Shown here piece after piece: positions 38,292-47,200 of a stretch of DNA of 64,000 nucleotides (position 1 is its first letter; every line of letters starts with the position of its first letter). Below the pieces are notes generated by a model, which was given only the letters and a program-made list of their open reading frames with translations, did no database searches and had not been told where the DNA came from. Source of the stretch: Chloroflexota bacterium (GTDB lineage: Bacteria; Chloroflexota; Limnocylindria; P2-11E); NCBI GenBank assembly GCA_005887995.1, contig VBJD01000025.1:18386-82385 (forward strand), in the 5' to 3' direction. The position numbers and the translations under genes are program-made.

Positions 38292-40138
38292 GCCATCGCG
38301 TCCCCTGCGCTCGGCTCGCGGTGCCCAACGAAGTCCGCGGGGAGAGCCTTGCTGTCGCGCTCCTCGCTGACCCGCTCGAGGAACGCGTCGAGCGTCACGC
38401 CGCGCTCCTCGTCGCGCGAACCGCGACGCCGGACAGACACGGTCCCCGCCGCGGCCTCTTTGTCGCCGACGATGAGCATGTAGCTGGACTTCCGTTCCTG
38501 CGCGGCCTTGATGCGCGCGCGCATGTCACCTTGCTGATCGAGCTTCACGCGGAAGCCGCGCGACCCCAGTCGGTCCGCAACGCTCCGCCCGTAGTCGAAC
38601 GCGCTGTCACGGATCGGGATGACCGTGGCCTGCTCCCAATTGAGCCAGAGCGGGAAGTTGCCGGCGTAGTGCTCGATGAGCCCGCCGACGAATCGTTCGA
38701 GCGATCCGAAGAGCACGCGGTGGATCATCACGGCGCGCTCGCGCTGGCCCTGCGCGTTCACGAACGTCACGTCGAAGCGCTCGGGCAGGTTGAGGTCGAT
38801 CTGGATCGTCGGACCCTGCCACTCGCGGCCGATCGCGTCCATGACCTTGATGTCGATCTTCGGGGCGTAGAAGACGCCGCCGCCTTCGTCGATGTCGTAG
38901 GGCACCTCGCGCACGCCGAGCGCGTCCGCGAGCGCCTTCTCCGCCTTGTCCCACAGCTCGTCGGTGCCGAGGCGCTTCACGGGGCGCGTCGAGAGGTAGA
39001 TCTTCGGATCGGAGTAGCCGAACACGCGCAGGAACTCCATCGCGAGGTCGAAGACACCGCCGATCTCTGCCTGCGCCTGGTCCCACGAGCAGAAGATGTG
39101 CGAGTCGTCCTGCGTGAAGCCGCGAACGCGCAGCATGCCGTGCAGCGTGCCGCCGCGTTCGTAGCGGTACACCGTGCCGAGCTCGCCGATGCGCATCGGG
39201 AGCTCGCGGTACGAGTGCACCTTCGACTGGAAGACCTTGATGTGGCCGGGGCAGTTCATCGGCTTGATCCAGAAGTTCTGCGTGCCCTCGTCCAGCGCGA
39301 GCGGGCCGTACATGTTCTCGCCGTACTTCTCGAGGTGGCCCGAGCGCTGGTAGATCTTTTCGTGCGCGATATGCGGCGTGTAGACGAGCGTGTAGCCGCG
39401 CTCGTGGTGCACCTTCCGCCACCAGGTCTCCAGCTCCTCGCGGACGATCGAGAGGTTCGGTAGCCAGAGAACGAGACCCGATCCGAGCTCGTCGTCGATG
39501 CGGAAGAGCTCGAGGTCTTTCCCGAGCGCGCGGTGGTCGCGACGCTCGATCTCCTTGAGCTTCTCGAGATACGCGTCGAGCTCGGCCTGGCTCGGCCAGA
39601 CCGTGCCGTAGATGCGCTGCAGCTGCGGGTTGCGCTCGTTGCCGCGCCAGTACGCGCCGGCGATGGAGAGCAGCTTGAACGCCTTGATGTCGCCGGTGCG
39701 GGCGACGTGCGGACCGCGGCAGAGGTCGACGAAGCCGTTGTGCTGGTAGAGGGAGACCTTGCCGCCTTCGACCCTGTCGTCGCTGTCTTTGCTCGTGCCA
39801 TCGGCGGCGAGCTTCTCGATCTGGTCGACCTTGTACGTCTGGTTCCTCGCGCGGAAAAAGTCGAGCGCCTCCTTCACGGACATGTCGCGATGCTCGAAGG
39901 CGTGGTTGGCTTTCACGACCTCGCGCATCTTCGCCTCGATCTTCCCCAGGTCCTCTGGCTGAAGCGGACGCGGGAGATCGAAGTCGTAGTAGAAGCCGTC
40001 GGCGACCGGCGGGCCGAATCCGAACTTGGCATCGGGCATGAGCTCGAGCACCGCGCCGGCCATGACGTGCGCGGTCGAGTGCCGCAGCGCGTAGAGCTTC
40101 TCGTCGCCGTGGCTTGGTTTGCGTTCCGTCTTCGCCAT
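38288..40138 (-). CDS. thrS: Threonine--tRNA ligase (616 aa; begins at the editing/second-additional domain, no N-terminal TGS domain)
   Basis: ATG at 40138 (MAKTERKPSHGDEKLYALRHSTAHVMAGAV with an HxxxH editing motif); class II catalytic core and anticodon-binding domain. Confidence 0.93.
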   Translation of the reverse strand: MAKTERKPSHGDEKLYALRHSTAHVMAGAVLELMPDAKFGFGPPVADGFYYDFDLPRPLQPEDLGKIEAKMREVVKANHAFEHRDMSVKEALDFFRARNQTYKVDQIEKLAADGTSKDSDDRVEGGKVSLYQHNGFVDLCRGPHVARTGDIKAFKLLSIAGAYWRGNERNPQLQRIYGTVWPSQAELDAYLEKLKEIERRDHRALGKDLELFRIDDELGSGLVLWLPNLSIVREELETWWRKVHHERGYTLVYTPHIAHEKIYQRSGHLEKYGENMYGPLALDEGTQNFWIKPMNCPGHIKVFQSKVHSYRELPMRIGELGTVYRYERGGTLHGMLRVRGFTQDDSHIFCSWDQAQAEIGGVFDLAMEFLRVFGYSDPKIYLSTRPVKRLGTDELWDKAEKALADALGVREVPYDIDEGGGVFYAPKIDIKVMDAIGREWQGPTIQIDLNLPERFDVTFVNAQGQRERAVMIHRVLFGSLERFVGGLIEHYAGNFPLWLNWEQATVIPIRDSAFDYGRSVADRLGSRGFRVKLDQQGDMRARIKAAQERKSSYMLIVGDKEAAAGTVSVRRRGSRDEERGVTLDAFLERVSEERDSKALPADFVGHREPSAGDAMA

Positions 40139-40400
40139 AGCCGCCGTCTCCTTCGGACAAAAGAAAAGGCGCCTTCGTCCTTTCGTTCGGGACGAGGCGC
40201 TTACCCCGCGGTTCCACCCGAGTTCCCCATCCACGCTCGCTTCGCTCGCTGAAGACACTGCGCGTGAGGCTCTCGCGCTCGGCTATATGGGGCCTGCCCT
40301 CATCGCTCGGCGGTGGTCTCTCCCACTCGGACCGGCCGGCTCACACCACGCCCGGCTCGCTTTCGGTCACATCTAGATAGGAGCGCTTCCGCGTCGTCGC
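40139..40400 (-). ncRNA. T-box riboswitch leader of thrS. T-box AACUCGGGUGGAACCGCGGG (plus-strand 40205..40224), terminator hairpin GGCGCCUCGUCC/GGACGAAGGCGCC plus UUUUCUUUUG, then a GGAGA SD before the ATG.
   Basis: Read directly from the sequence on the minus strand. Confidence 0.8.
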
Positions 40401-40455
40401 GCGACTAAAAGGATAGCGCTGTGCCGTGGGCATCTTCACGAGCGGACGGCGGCGC

Positions 40456-41478
40456 TCACACGCGAAGACGCCCTGCCGCAGCGAGGACCGCGAGCGCATC
40501 GACCGTGACCCAATCGTTTCGCTGCTTCGGGCTCGTCGGTCCCCAGTCGACGTGATCCGCGTAGCTCTTGAGCGCCTTCGCGGTCCCGCGGTGGTAACGC
40601 TTCTCCGCGGGCCATCCACCGTCGCTCAATCGTTTCGCCTCGACGAGATCGAGCGCGTCGGCGCACCGCCGGTCGCGGATCTTGCCGATCTTCATCGTCG
40701 CCTTCAGGCCGCCGAGGACGTCGTAGTGGTAGTAGAGCGGGTAATGCAGCTGCATGAACTCTGGCCGGATGACGCGTCCGTCCGAGACGCGCCACGCAAG
40801 CCGGCGTCGCAGGAATACCTCTGCGGCGCGATCGACGGCCTTCGCCGCGGTCGCGTTCCGACGTTCGCGCGCGTACGCGGCGAGTCCGAGCATCGGCAGA
40901 AGCGTCTCCATGAAGGACGACGTATCGGCCTTTGGCTTGCGGTCGCAGTTCCAGCCGCCATCGGGCCATTGCCAGTGAATGAGTCGCTCGACCAGCGCGT
41001 CGGCGCGGCCGTCGTCGATGCCGAGCGCGATCACAGAGAGGAGGGCGTTGCCCTGCTGCGAGGCGCAGCGGCGATACCGCCCCTGCACGATCGGCACACC
41101 GCGCTGTCGGTACGCGGCGGCCTCGGTCTTCGCTTCGAACTCATGGAAGTAGGCAGGCGACAACCAGAAGTCGAGTACTCGGTCGCGGATGCTACGAAGC
41201 GCATCGTCGCCGGGGGGATAGCCGAGGTCCGCGAGGCTCGCGAGTACCCAATGCAGCCCTTGCCATTTGTAATAGACGGCCCGCGCCGTGCCGGGACGAC
41301 CGAGTTGCGTCCTACGCGAGAGCAGCGCGCGAATGCGCGGCGACGTGCGGATCTCCTCGCCCAATGCCGTCAGCCTCGGTGACCGCGCATTCTCGCCGAG
41401 CACTTCGACGCGGGCCTTCCAGCGAATGGACGGCTCGGGTGAGCGTAGGATCGCGTCGACGACGGCTGCCGTCCTCAC
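40456..41478 (-). CDS. Hypothetical protein with squalene-cyclase/prenyltransferase-type QW repeats (alpha/alpha-toroid fold)
   Basis: 340-aa ORF; QW-like motifs WQWPDGGWNCD and RLSDGGWPAE. Confidence 0.5.
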   Translation of the reverse strand: MRTAAVVDAILRSPEPSIRWKARVEVLGENARSPRLTALGEEIRTSPRIRALLSRRTQLGRPGTARAVYYKWQGLHWVLASLADLGYPPGDDALRSIRDRVLDFWLSPAYFHEFEAKTEAAAYRQRGVPIVQGRYRRCASQQGNALLSVIALGIDDGRADALVERLIHWQWPDGGWNCDRKPKADTSSFMETLLPMLGLAAYARERRNATAAKAVDRAAEVFLRRRLAWRVSDGRVIRPEFMQLHYPLYYHYDVLGGLKATMKIGKIRDRRCADALDLVEAKRLSDGGWPAEKRYHRGTAKALKSYADHVDWGPTSPKQRNDWVTVDALAVLAAAGRLRV

Positions 41479-41578
41479 CTCTTCATTAAATAGAGGGAGG
41501 CGCGGTCCCGCTATACGTGGCGAAGTCGAGCACGATGTATGTGTTCGGCGGGACCTGCCGCAGCGGCGTCGAACCTTC

Positions 41579-43108
41579 TCAGAACGGTGCGGCGAGAGTG
41601 TCGTAGAGCCGGACCCGTACCTGACCCACCGATCCCTCGATCGAGAAGTCGGCGAGCACCGGGTAGCGGCTATCCAGCCACTCCCGCGCGGCGACCGCCC
41701 GGGCCTTCACGTCGGCGCGGTCGCCGCCGACAAGTGATTCGACGAAAAAGATCCGAGGGTGGATCTGCGTGTACGCGCGCACCGACGCGAGATCGAGAGG
41801 TGTCGCGTCGCCGTCGACCCAGGACCACTGCAGCGCCGACGCCTCGAGAAGTGCGGCGGGAAGGCGGTCGAGGCGTGTGTAGTAGCTGAACGCGAGCGCG
41901 CACGACCAGGCATTACAGACCAGGCCGTCGCGCGCCTCGTAATGCTCGGCGATCCACGCCGCCGCGCTGCGGAAGTCCTGGCTGGGCCCGAAGGTGTCCT
42001 GCGGGATCGCGAACGCCGCCGCGACGACGAGGCAGATCGCGAGCGCGACGCGTGCGAGCGGCCTGCGCACCGCCACCACGCCGACCCCCGCGAGAAGGCA
42101 GAGCGCGGGCACCACGACCACGAGATAGCCCCAGGCAAAGAGGTGCAGGTTGAACCCCGGCTGCGACGCCACGTATGCGAGCGCGAACGGGACGGCGAGC
42201 CAGGCGCACAGCGCGACCGCTGCGCCCACTGGAAGCGCGCGCCGCCACGGCCGCGTGCGCGCGCGCAGCGTGAGCAGCACGCCCGTGGTCGCGGCTGCCG
42301 CGAGCAGCAGACCGTAAACGATGCTGTGGCCGGCGAAGTTCCACAGCGCGCGTCCCATCTCGTACGGGCTCGACGCTTGGACGTGAAGGTTCGGCGATCC
42401 ATGGGTCACGGCATAGAAGCCGAGCGGCAGGATCGCGACGGAGATCGCCGCGATGCAGATCACCATGGCGCGCAGCGATCGTTTGGCGCGAGCGCGCCAG
42501 TCGTTCGGCAGAACGAGCAGGGCGCCGAACGCTACGACCTGCGCGGCCAGGACCAACCCACTGAAGAGGTGGGCGTACACCGCGGCCGTCATGATCAATG
42601 CGTACGCGACCCACCAGAGCGTGCGGTGACGCGCCGCGCTCATCGCGACGAGAAGCACGAACCAGCCAAGCGACACGAGGAACACCTCAAGTGTGTATGC
42701 GCGCGTATACCGCGCATTCACCAGCATGACGTGATTCAGCACCAGGAGCGCCGCAGCGACGACACCGACCGTCGCGCCCCAGAAGCGACGGCCGGTCCAG
42801 AAGACGACCACGACGGCGAGACCGGCGAACGCGACAGAGGGTAGGCGGACGACGAGCTCGTCGGGAGGGATGCCGATGGCAGCGGTGACATCGAGCCAGA
42901 CCTTCAGCAGCGCGTGGTACAGGACCATGTTCACTTCCTTCGTCCAGGCGTAGCGCCAGAACTCGGACCACGTACCGCTGACGAGACCGATGGAGAACCC
43001 CTCGTCTCCCCAGATGCTCAGCTGCGGGACCCTGAACAGGTCGATCGCCACCGCGACCGCGAAGAGCGCGAATGCGGTGGCGCGGCCGGCGGCGGCCCAC
43101 GTCCGCAT
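41579..43108 (-). CDS. GT-C membrane glycosyltransferase (PMT_2 / ArnT / family-39-like)
   Basis: ATG at 43108 gives MRTWAAAGRATAFALFAVAVAIDLF (509 aa); about 11 TM helices with an early DE-type loop (SIWGDEGFS). The N-terminal part of track ORF 41579..44134 is spurious. Confidence 0.7.
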   Translation of the reverse strand: MRTWAAAGRATAFALFAVAVAIDLFRVPQLSIWGDEGFSIGLVSGTWSEFWRYAWTKEVNMVLYHALLKVWLDVTAAIGIPPDELVVRLPSVAFAGLAVVVVFWTGRRFWGATVGVVAAALLVLNHVMLVNARYTRAYTLEVFLVSLGWFVLLVAMSAARHRTLWWVAYALIMTAAVYAHLFSGLVLAAQVVAFGALLVLPNDWRARAKRSLRAMVICIAAISVAILPLGFYAVTHGSPNLHVQASSPYEMGRALWNFAGHSIVYGLLLAAAATTGVLLTLRARTRPWRRALPVGAAVALCAWLAVPFALAYVASQPGFNLHLFAWGYLVVVVPALCLLAGVGVVAVRRPLARVALAICLVVAAAFAIPQDTFGPSQDFRSAAAWIAEHYEARDGLVCNAWSCALAFSYYTRLDRLPAALLEASALQWSWVDGDATPLDLASVRAYTQIHPRIFFVESLVGGDRADVKARAVAAREWLDSRYPVLADFSIEGSVGQVRVRLYDTLAAPF

Positions 43109-43162
43109 CTGCGGCGCGGCACGCGATATGACCTCAGCCGCATCGACAAGCGTGCGGCTCTT

Positions 43163-43192
43163 TAATAGGAGGCGGGGCCTGCCGGCCCCGCC
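43163..43192 (-). terminator. Perfect 11-bp GC hairpin (GAGGCGGGGCC-TGCC-GGCCCCGCCTC) between the secreted-protein gene and the GT-C gene; no U-tract
   Basis: Inverted repeat seen directly in the sequence. Confidence 0.35.
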
Positions 43193-43218
43193 TCGGATGC
43201 GCGTGGGAACGCCGGCGC

Positions 43219-43929
43219 TCACGGACGGACGCTGACGTCTCCGGTCCTGACGTCGTACATGTCCGTCGGCGACGGATCGCCGGCCGCTGGGCAGGAGCCC
43301 TGATGCTCGACGACCCGCCAACGATCCTTGATTACCGTGCCGCCGTTGGGGCCGTTGTCCTCGAATGCCCAACCGATCGTCTTGCCGGCCTGCGGTGCGA
43401 AGAAGCCAGAGGTGGACGTGACGACTGAGTTCGCCCACGCCTGGGCAGTGCCGATCGCGACCGGCACGATCCCAAGGCAAGTCGGCTTCGAGTACAGCTT
43501 TCCGGCGGCGACGCACTGGCCCGCGCCGACGCTCAGGTTCGCTGAGCCGCGGAGGGTGCCGCTCTTGGTGTAGATCTTCACAGAGAACGAACCGATAAAC
43601 GACGTCGAGAAATCGGGCGGACATCCGGCGTCCACGGTGCCCGCGCCGATGACGTAACCGCCACTCGCCGCGTTCGCAGTGCTTCCCCGCACGACCAGCG
43701 TCGGCGCGGAGAGCTGCACGAGTGAGCACGTGAGATCGGTGTCGCTCGCGTTGATCGCCGCGACCGAGCTCGTGAGCGCGGTGAGCGTGTCGGCGTCGAC
43801 GCTCAGATCGATGCTGTCCCCGTCGCTGCAATCGATGCGGACCGGCGTCTCGAGTCCTGCGGAGACAGGTAGCGACATCCCCAGGAGCAGACCGAACGCG
43901 ACGACGAACGCGCTGAGCGCTCTCTTCAT
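43219..43929 (-). CDS. Secreted Cys-containing hypothetical protein (signal peptide, 8 Cys)
   Basis: MKRALSAFVVAFGLLLGMSLPVSAG signal peptide; no recognisable catalytic motif. Confidence 0.55.
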   Translation of the reverse strand: MKRALSAFVVAFGLLLGMSLPVSAGLETPVRIDCSDGDSIDLSVDADTLTALTSSVAAINASDTDLTCSLVQLSAPTLVVRGSTANAASGGYVIGAGTVDAGCPPDFSTSFIGSFSVKIYTKSGTLRGSANLSVGAGQCVAAGKLYSKPTCLGIVPVAIGTAQAWANSVVTSTSGFFAPQAGKTIGWAFEDNGPNGGTVIKDRWRVVEHQGSCPAAGDPSPTDMYDVRTGDVSVRP

Positions 43930-44287
43930 GGCACGACCACCCCCGAACTTCAGTGGGAGCGATGCTCATCCCCGTCGATTGATGCGCCGTTGAACGTGGA
44001 TTGAGTGCCGCGGCGGTCATGCGCAAGTGCGTACAAGCGTCGCGCGAAGACGCAATTCGGGTCGCCAGGTCGTCGCAATGTCGCACTGGGATGGGCTCCC
44101 GAGCGCGGGGCAAGAGCAGCCGCACAGCCGTCAAAAAGGCCAGAATCAGGCCATTTCTGAGGACGTCCTAGGTCGGAAGCCGGCCGGTCGTACTAGGCAC
44201 GCCCGCGACGAGTGTCTCCCTTTCCGCGTCGGTCAGGCGCTCCTATTCCAGTCTCTTGCCCACTAAACGAGGGAGGAAGCCAGAGGA

Positions 44288-47200
44288 GTGAAGCGGGCGG
44301 GAGCGCTGTTCGTGCTCACGGCGACGATCGTGTTCGTCGCGGGCGGTTTGGTCGCAGCGGCACCGGTGCCGCCTGGAGTCAGCGCGCTCGGCCTGCACGC
44401 CGTATTCGTCGATCAGTCGCCCTCACCGACGCTTCTTCCCGGCACGATCACGAAGCACACGGTCCACTTCCGGAATGTGGGCATCGCCCCCTGGCAGCGT
44501 GGCGGGCGCACGCAGGTCAATCTCGGCATCAGCGGCGACGTCACCGCGTTCGCCGCACAGGGGATCGGATCCGGATGGCTCTCGCCCAACCGGCTCGCGA
44601 CGACATCCGAGGATATGGTTCTTCCCGGCATGATCGGCACGTTCACCTTCCCGCTGCGGGCGCCGATGGATCCGGGCGCGTACCGACTTCCGATCCGGCC
44701 CGTGGTCGACGGGATCACATGGCTCGAGGATGGCGCGCCGCCGGTCGTCCTGACGAGCGACCTCGGCTTCCACAGCAGCGTGGTCGAGGTCTCACGCCAT
44801 TCCGTGCTGCATCCCGGCGACGTCAGCACGCTCACCGTCAAGATCCGCAATACGGGGGCACGCACCTGGACGAAGGGTCAGCTCGGACAGCAGGTGAACC
44901 TCGGCGTCGTCGGCGACGACAAATTCCTCGGCGCTCTCGGCGTCGGCTGGCCTACACCCGACCGTGTCGCGATCCAGTCCGAGCCGACCGTGATCCCCGG
45001 CGGCCTTGCGACGTTCATCTTCCGCGTTCGCGGACCCAGTCTTCCCGGTGTGTATCCGTTGCGGTTGCGCCCCGTCGTCGACGGCGTGACCTGGCTGGAG
45101 GACGACGACGTCGTCAGCCTCATCACCGTGGCCGCACCAGGTGCGCCGACGACGCCCGCACCCGCCGCTGAGCCGGCTGGCACGACGCTCACCACGATGA
45201 ATGCGGCTGTGCCGGCCGTTAGTGGGCCGAGCTTCCAGCTCGCGGCCACGGTCGACCCGACCTCGGTGGTCACGGGAGGCACGGCCAAGATCACCGCGCG
45301 CTTCGCGACCTCGGACAGCAGCAGCGGCAATGTGCTGGGCGTGTTGGTACACGCACCGGCGACGGACGCGCTCGCATATCAGAAGTGGTTCCACAACGAG
45401 AACTTCGCCGCGGGAGACTCGCGCGGGTACTCCGTCTTGTGGCAGGTACCTGCTGGCAGCAACACGGGCACGTACACGGTCGAGCTCGCGGTGTACTCGT
45501 CGGGATGGAAGACGCTTTATGCGGCCGACGCTTCGGCGGCCTCGTTCGGTGTGAGCGCGCCGTCTCCCGGGCCCGGTGCGACGCCGACGCCGACCGTCCA
45601 GCCGCCCTCGCCGACTCCGAGCGCGTCGGCGACGGCTGCGCCGAGCGGGACCCCGGGCTCCAGCGCGACGGCATCGCCAACTGCGGTGCCCGCGACGACG
45701 CCGCCCGCGACGACCCCACCGGCCACGAGTTCTCCGTCACCAAGTCCGACGGCCGCGCCGAGCTTCGTGCTCGGGTCATCCGCGACCCCAGCGAGCGTCT
45801 CCCCCGGCGGCAGCGTGACGATCACGTCCACGGCGACGAGCGCGACGGCGGCCACCGCGATCGTCGACGTGCAGATCTACGCGCCGAATGCGACGACGAG
45901 CTCGTACCAGGTCTACTACCAAGACCAGACGTTCAGCGCCGGACAGCAGCTGTCCTTCCCGACAAGCTGGGCCGTGCCGCCGAGCGCGGCGACCGGAACG
46001 TACCGGGTCGTCGTGCGCGCGTACTCCAGCGGATGGGCCACGCTCTATTCGGTCAGTGATCCCGCCGCGACGTTCGCGGTGTCCGTCGCGCCCACGCCGA
46101 CACCCACGCCGACCCCGGTGCCGACCGCGACGCCCACCGTGGCGCCCACCGCGACTCCTTCTCTCGCGACGGTCGCGTATCGGGGTGGCAGCACGAACTC
46201 GGCGCCGAGCGGGCTGTCGCTGACGCTCACTGTGCCCGCGGGCGTGCAGAACGGTGATCTGCTCGTTGCGACGGTCGCCGACTGGCCGGGCGTGCTCACC
46301 GGCCCAAGCGGCTGGACGCGCGCGCTGCTGCCATCTGCCAACCAGGGCTTGTGGTACCGCGTCGCCTCGAACGAACCAGCCAGCTACACCTGGACCGGCT
46401 CGCTCAACGGGACCTGGTCCGCCGTCATGGACGTCTTCTCCGGCGTGAGCACCTCCACGCCGCTCGATGTGACGCCGCTCGTGAGCAGTGGCGCCGTCGC
46501 GTCGGTCGCGTGGCCGGTCATGGCAAGTGCGACCGATCAGGCGTGGCACCTCGTCGTGAGCAGCGAGAACAACAACACCGACACGATCAGCGTGCCCGCG
46601 GGCTATACCGCGCGCAGCGCGACTGCGGGGAGCTCGTTCATCCGCAGCTCGACGCGGCTCATCACACCGGCCGGCTTGGTCGCGGCGAGCGCGACCGAGA
46701 CTTCGACGTCGCCGAACTGGCACGCGTTCAGCGTGATCCTGCGCCCGGGCGTGGCCGGCGCGCCGCTTCCCACACCCGCCCCGACGACGGCCCCGACGTC
46801 AACGCCCGCACCCACCGCGACTCCCGCGCCGAGCTTCACCTCGAGCGGAACGCTCTCGCCCGCGTCACTGCCGGCCGGCGGTACGACGCAGATCACGGAT
46901 GCGGTCACGAGCGCGACGACCACAAGCGCACTCGTCGACATCGAGATATGGGATCCGACGGCCGCGACGAAGGTCTTCCAGGTCTGGTACGACAACCAGA
47001 CGTTCGCCGCCGCGCAGACGCGCAACTACGCGACGAGCTGGACTGCGCCCGCGGGATCCACGGCCGGCACGTACGATGTGCGCCTTTGCGTCTACACAGC
47101 CGGGTGGACGCAGAAGTACGGGTGCAACAGCGTGGGTCTCGCCGTGACCGCGTCGGCCGCGACGCCGACTCCGGCCCCGACGCCGACTCCGGCCCCGGTG

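Noticed and set aside
38607-40217. 536-aa minus-strand ORF overlapping thrS in another frame, and 38258..39463 plus-strand antisense
   Set aside because: Out-of-frame or antisense; thrS motifs define the true frame.
41579-44134. N-terminal ~340 aa of the 851-aa minus-strand ORF
   Set aside because: It overlaps an independently supported secreted-protein gene (43219..43929) and is Arg-rich. The GT-C protein starts cleanly at ATG 43108 just before its first TM helix.
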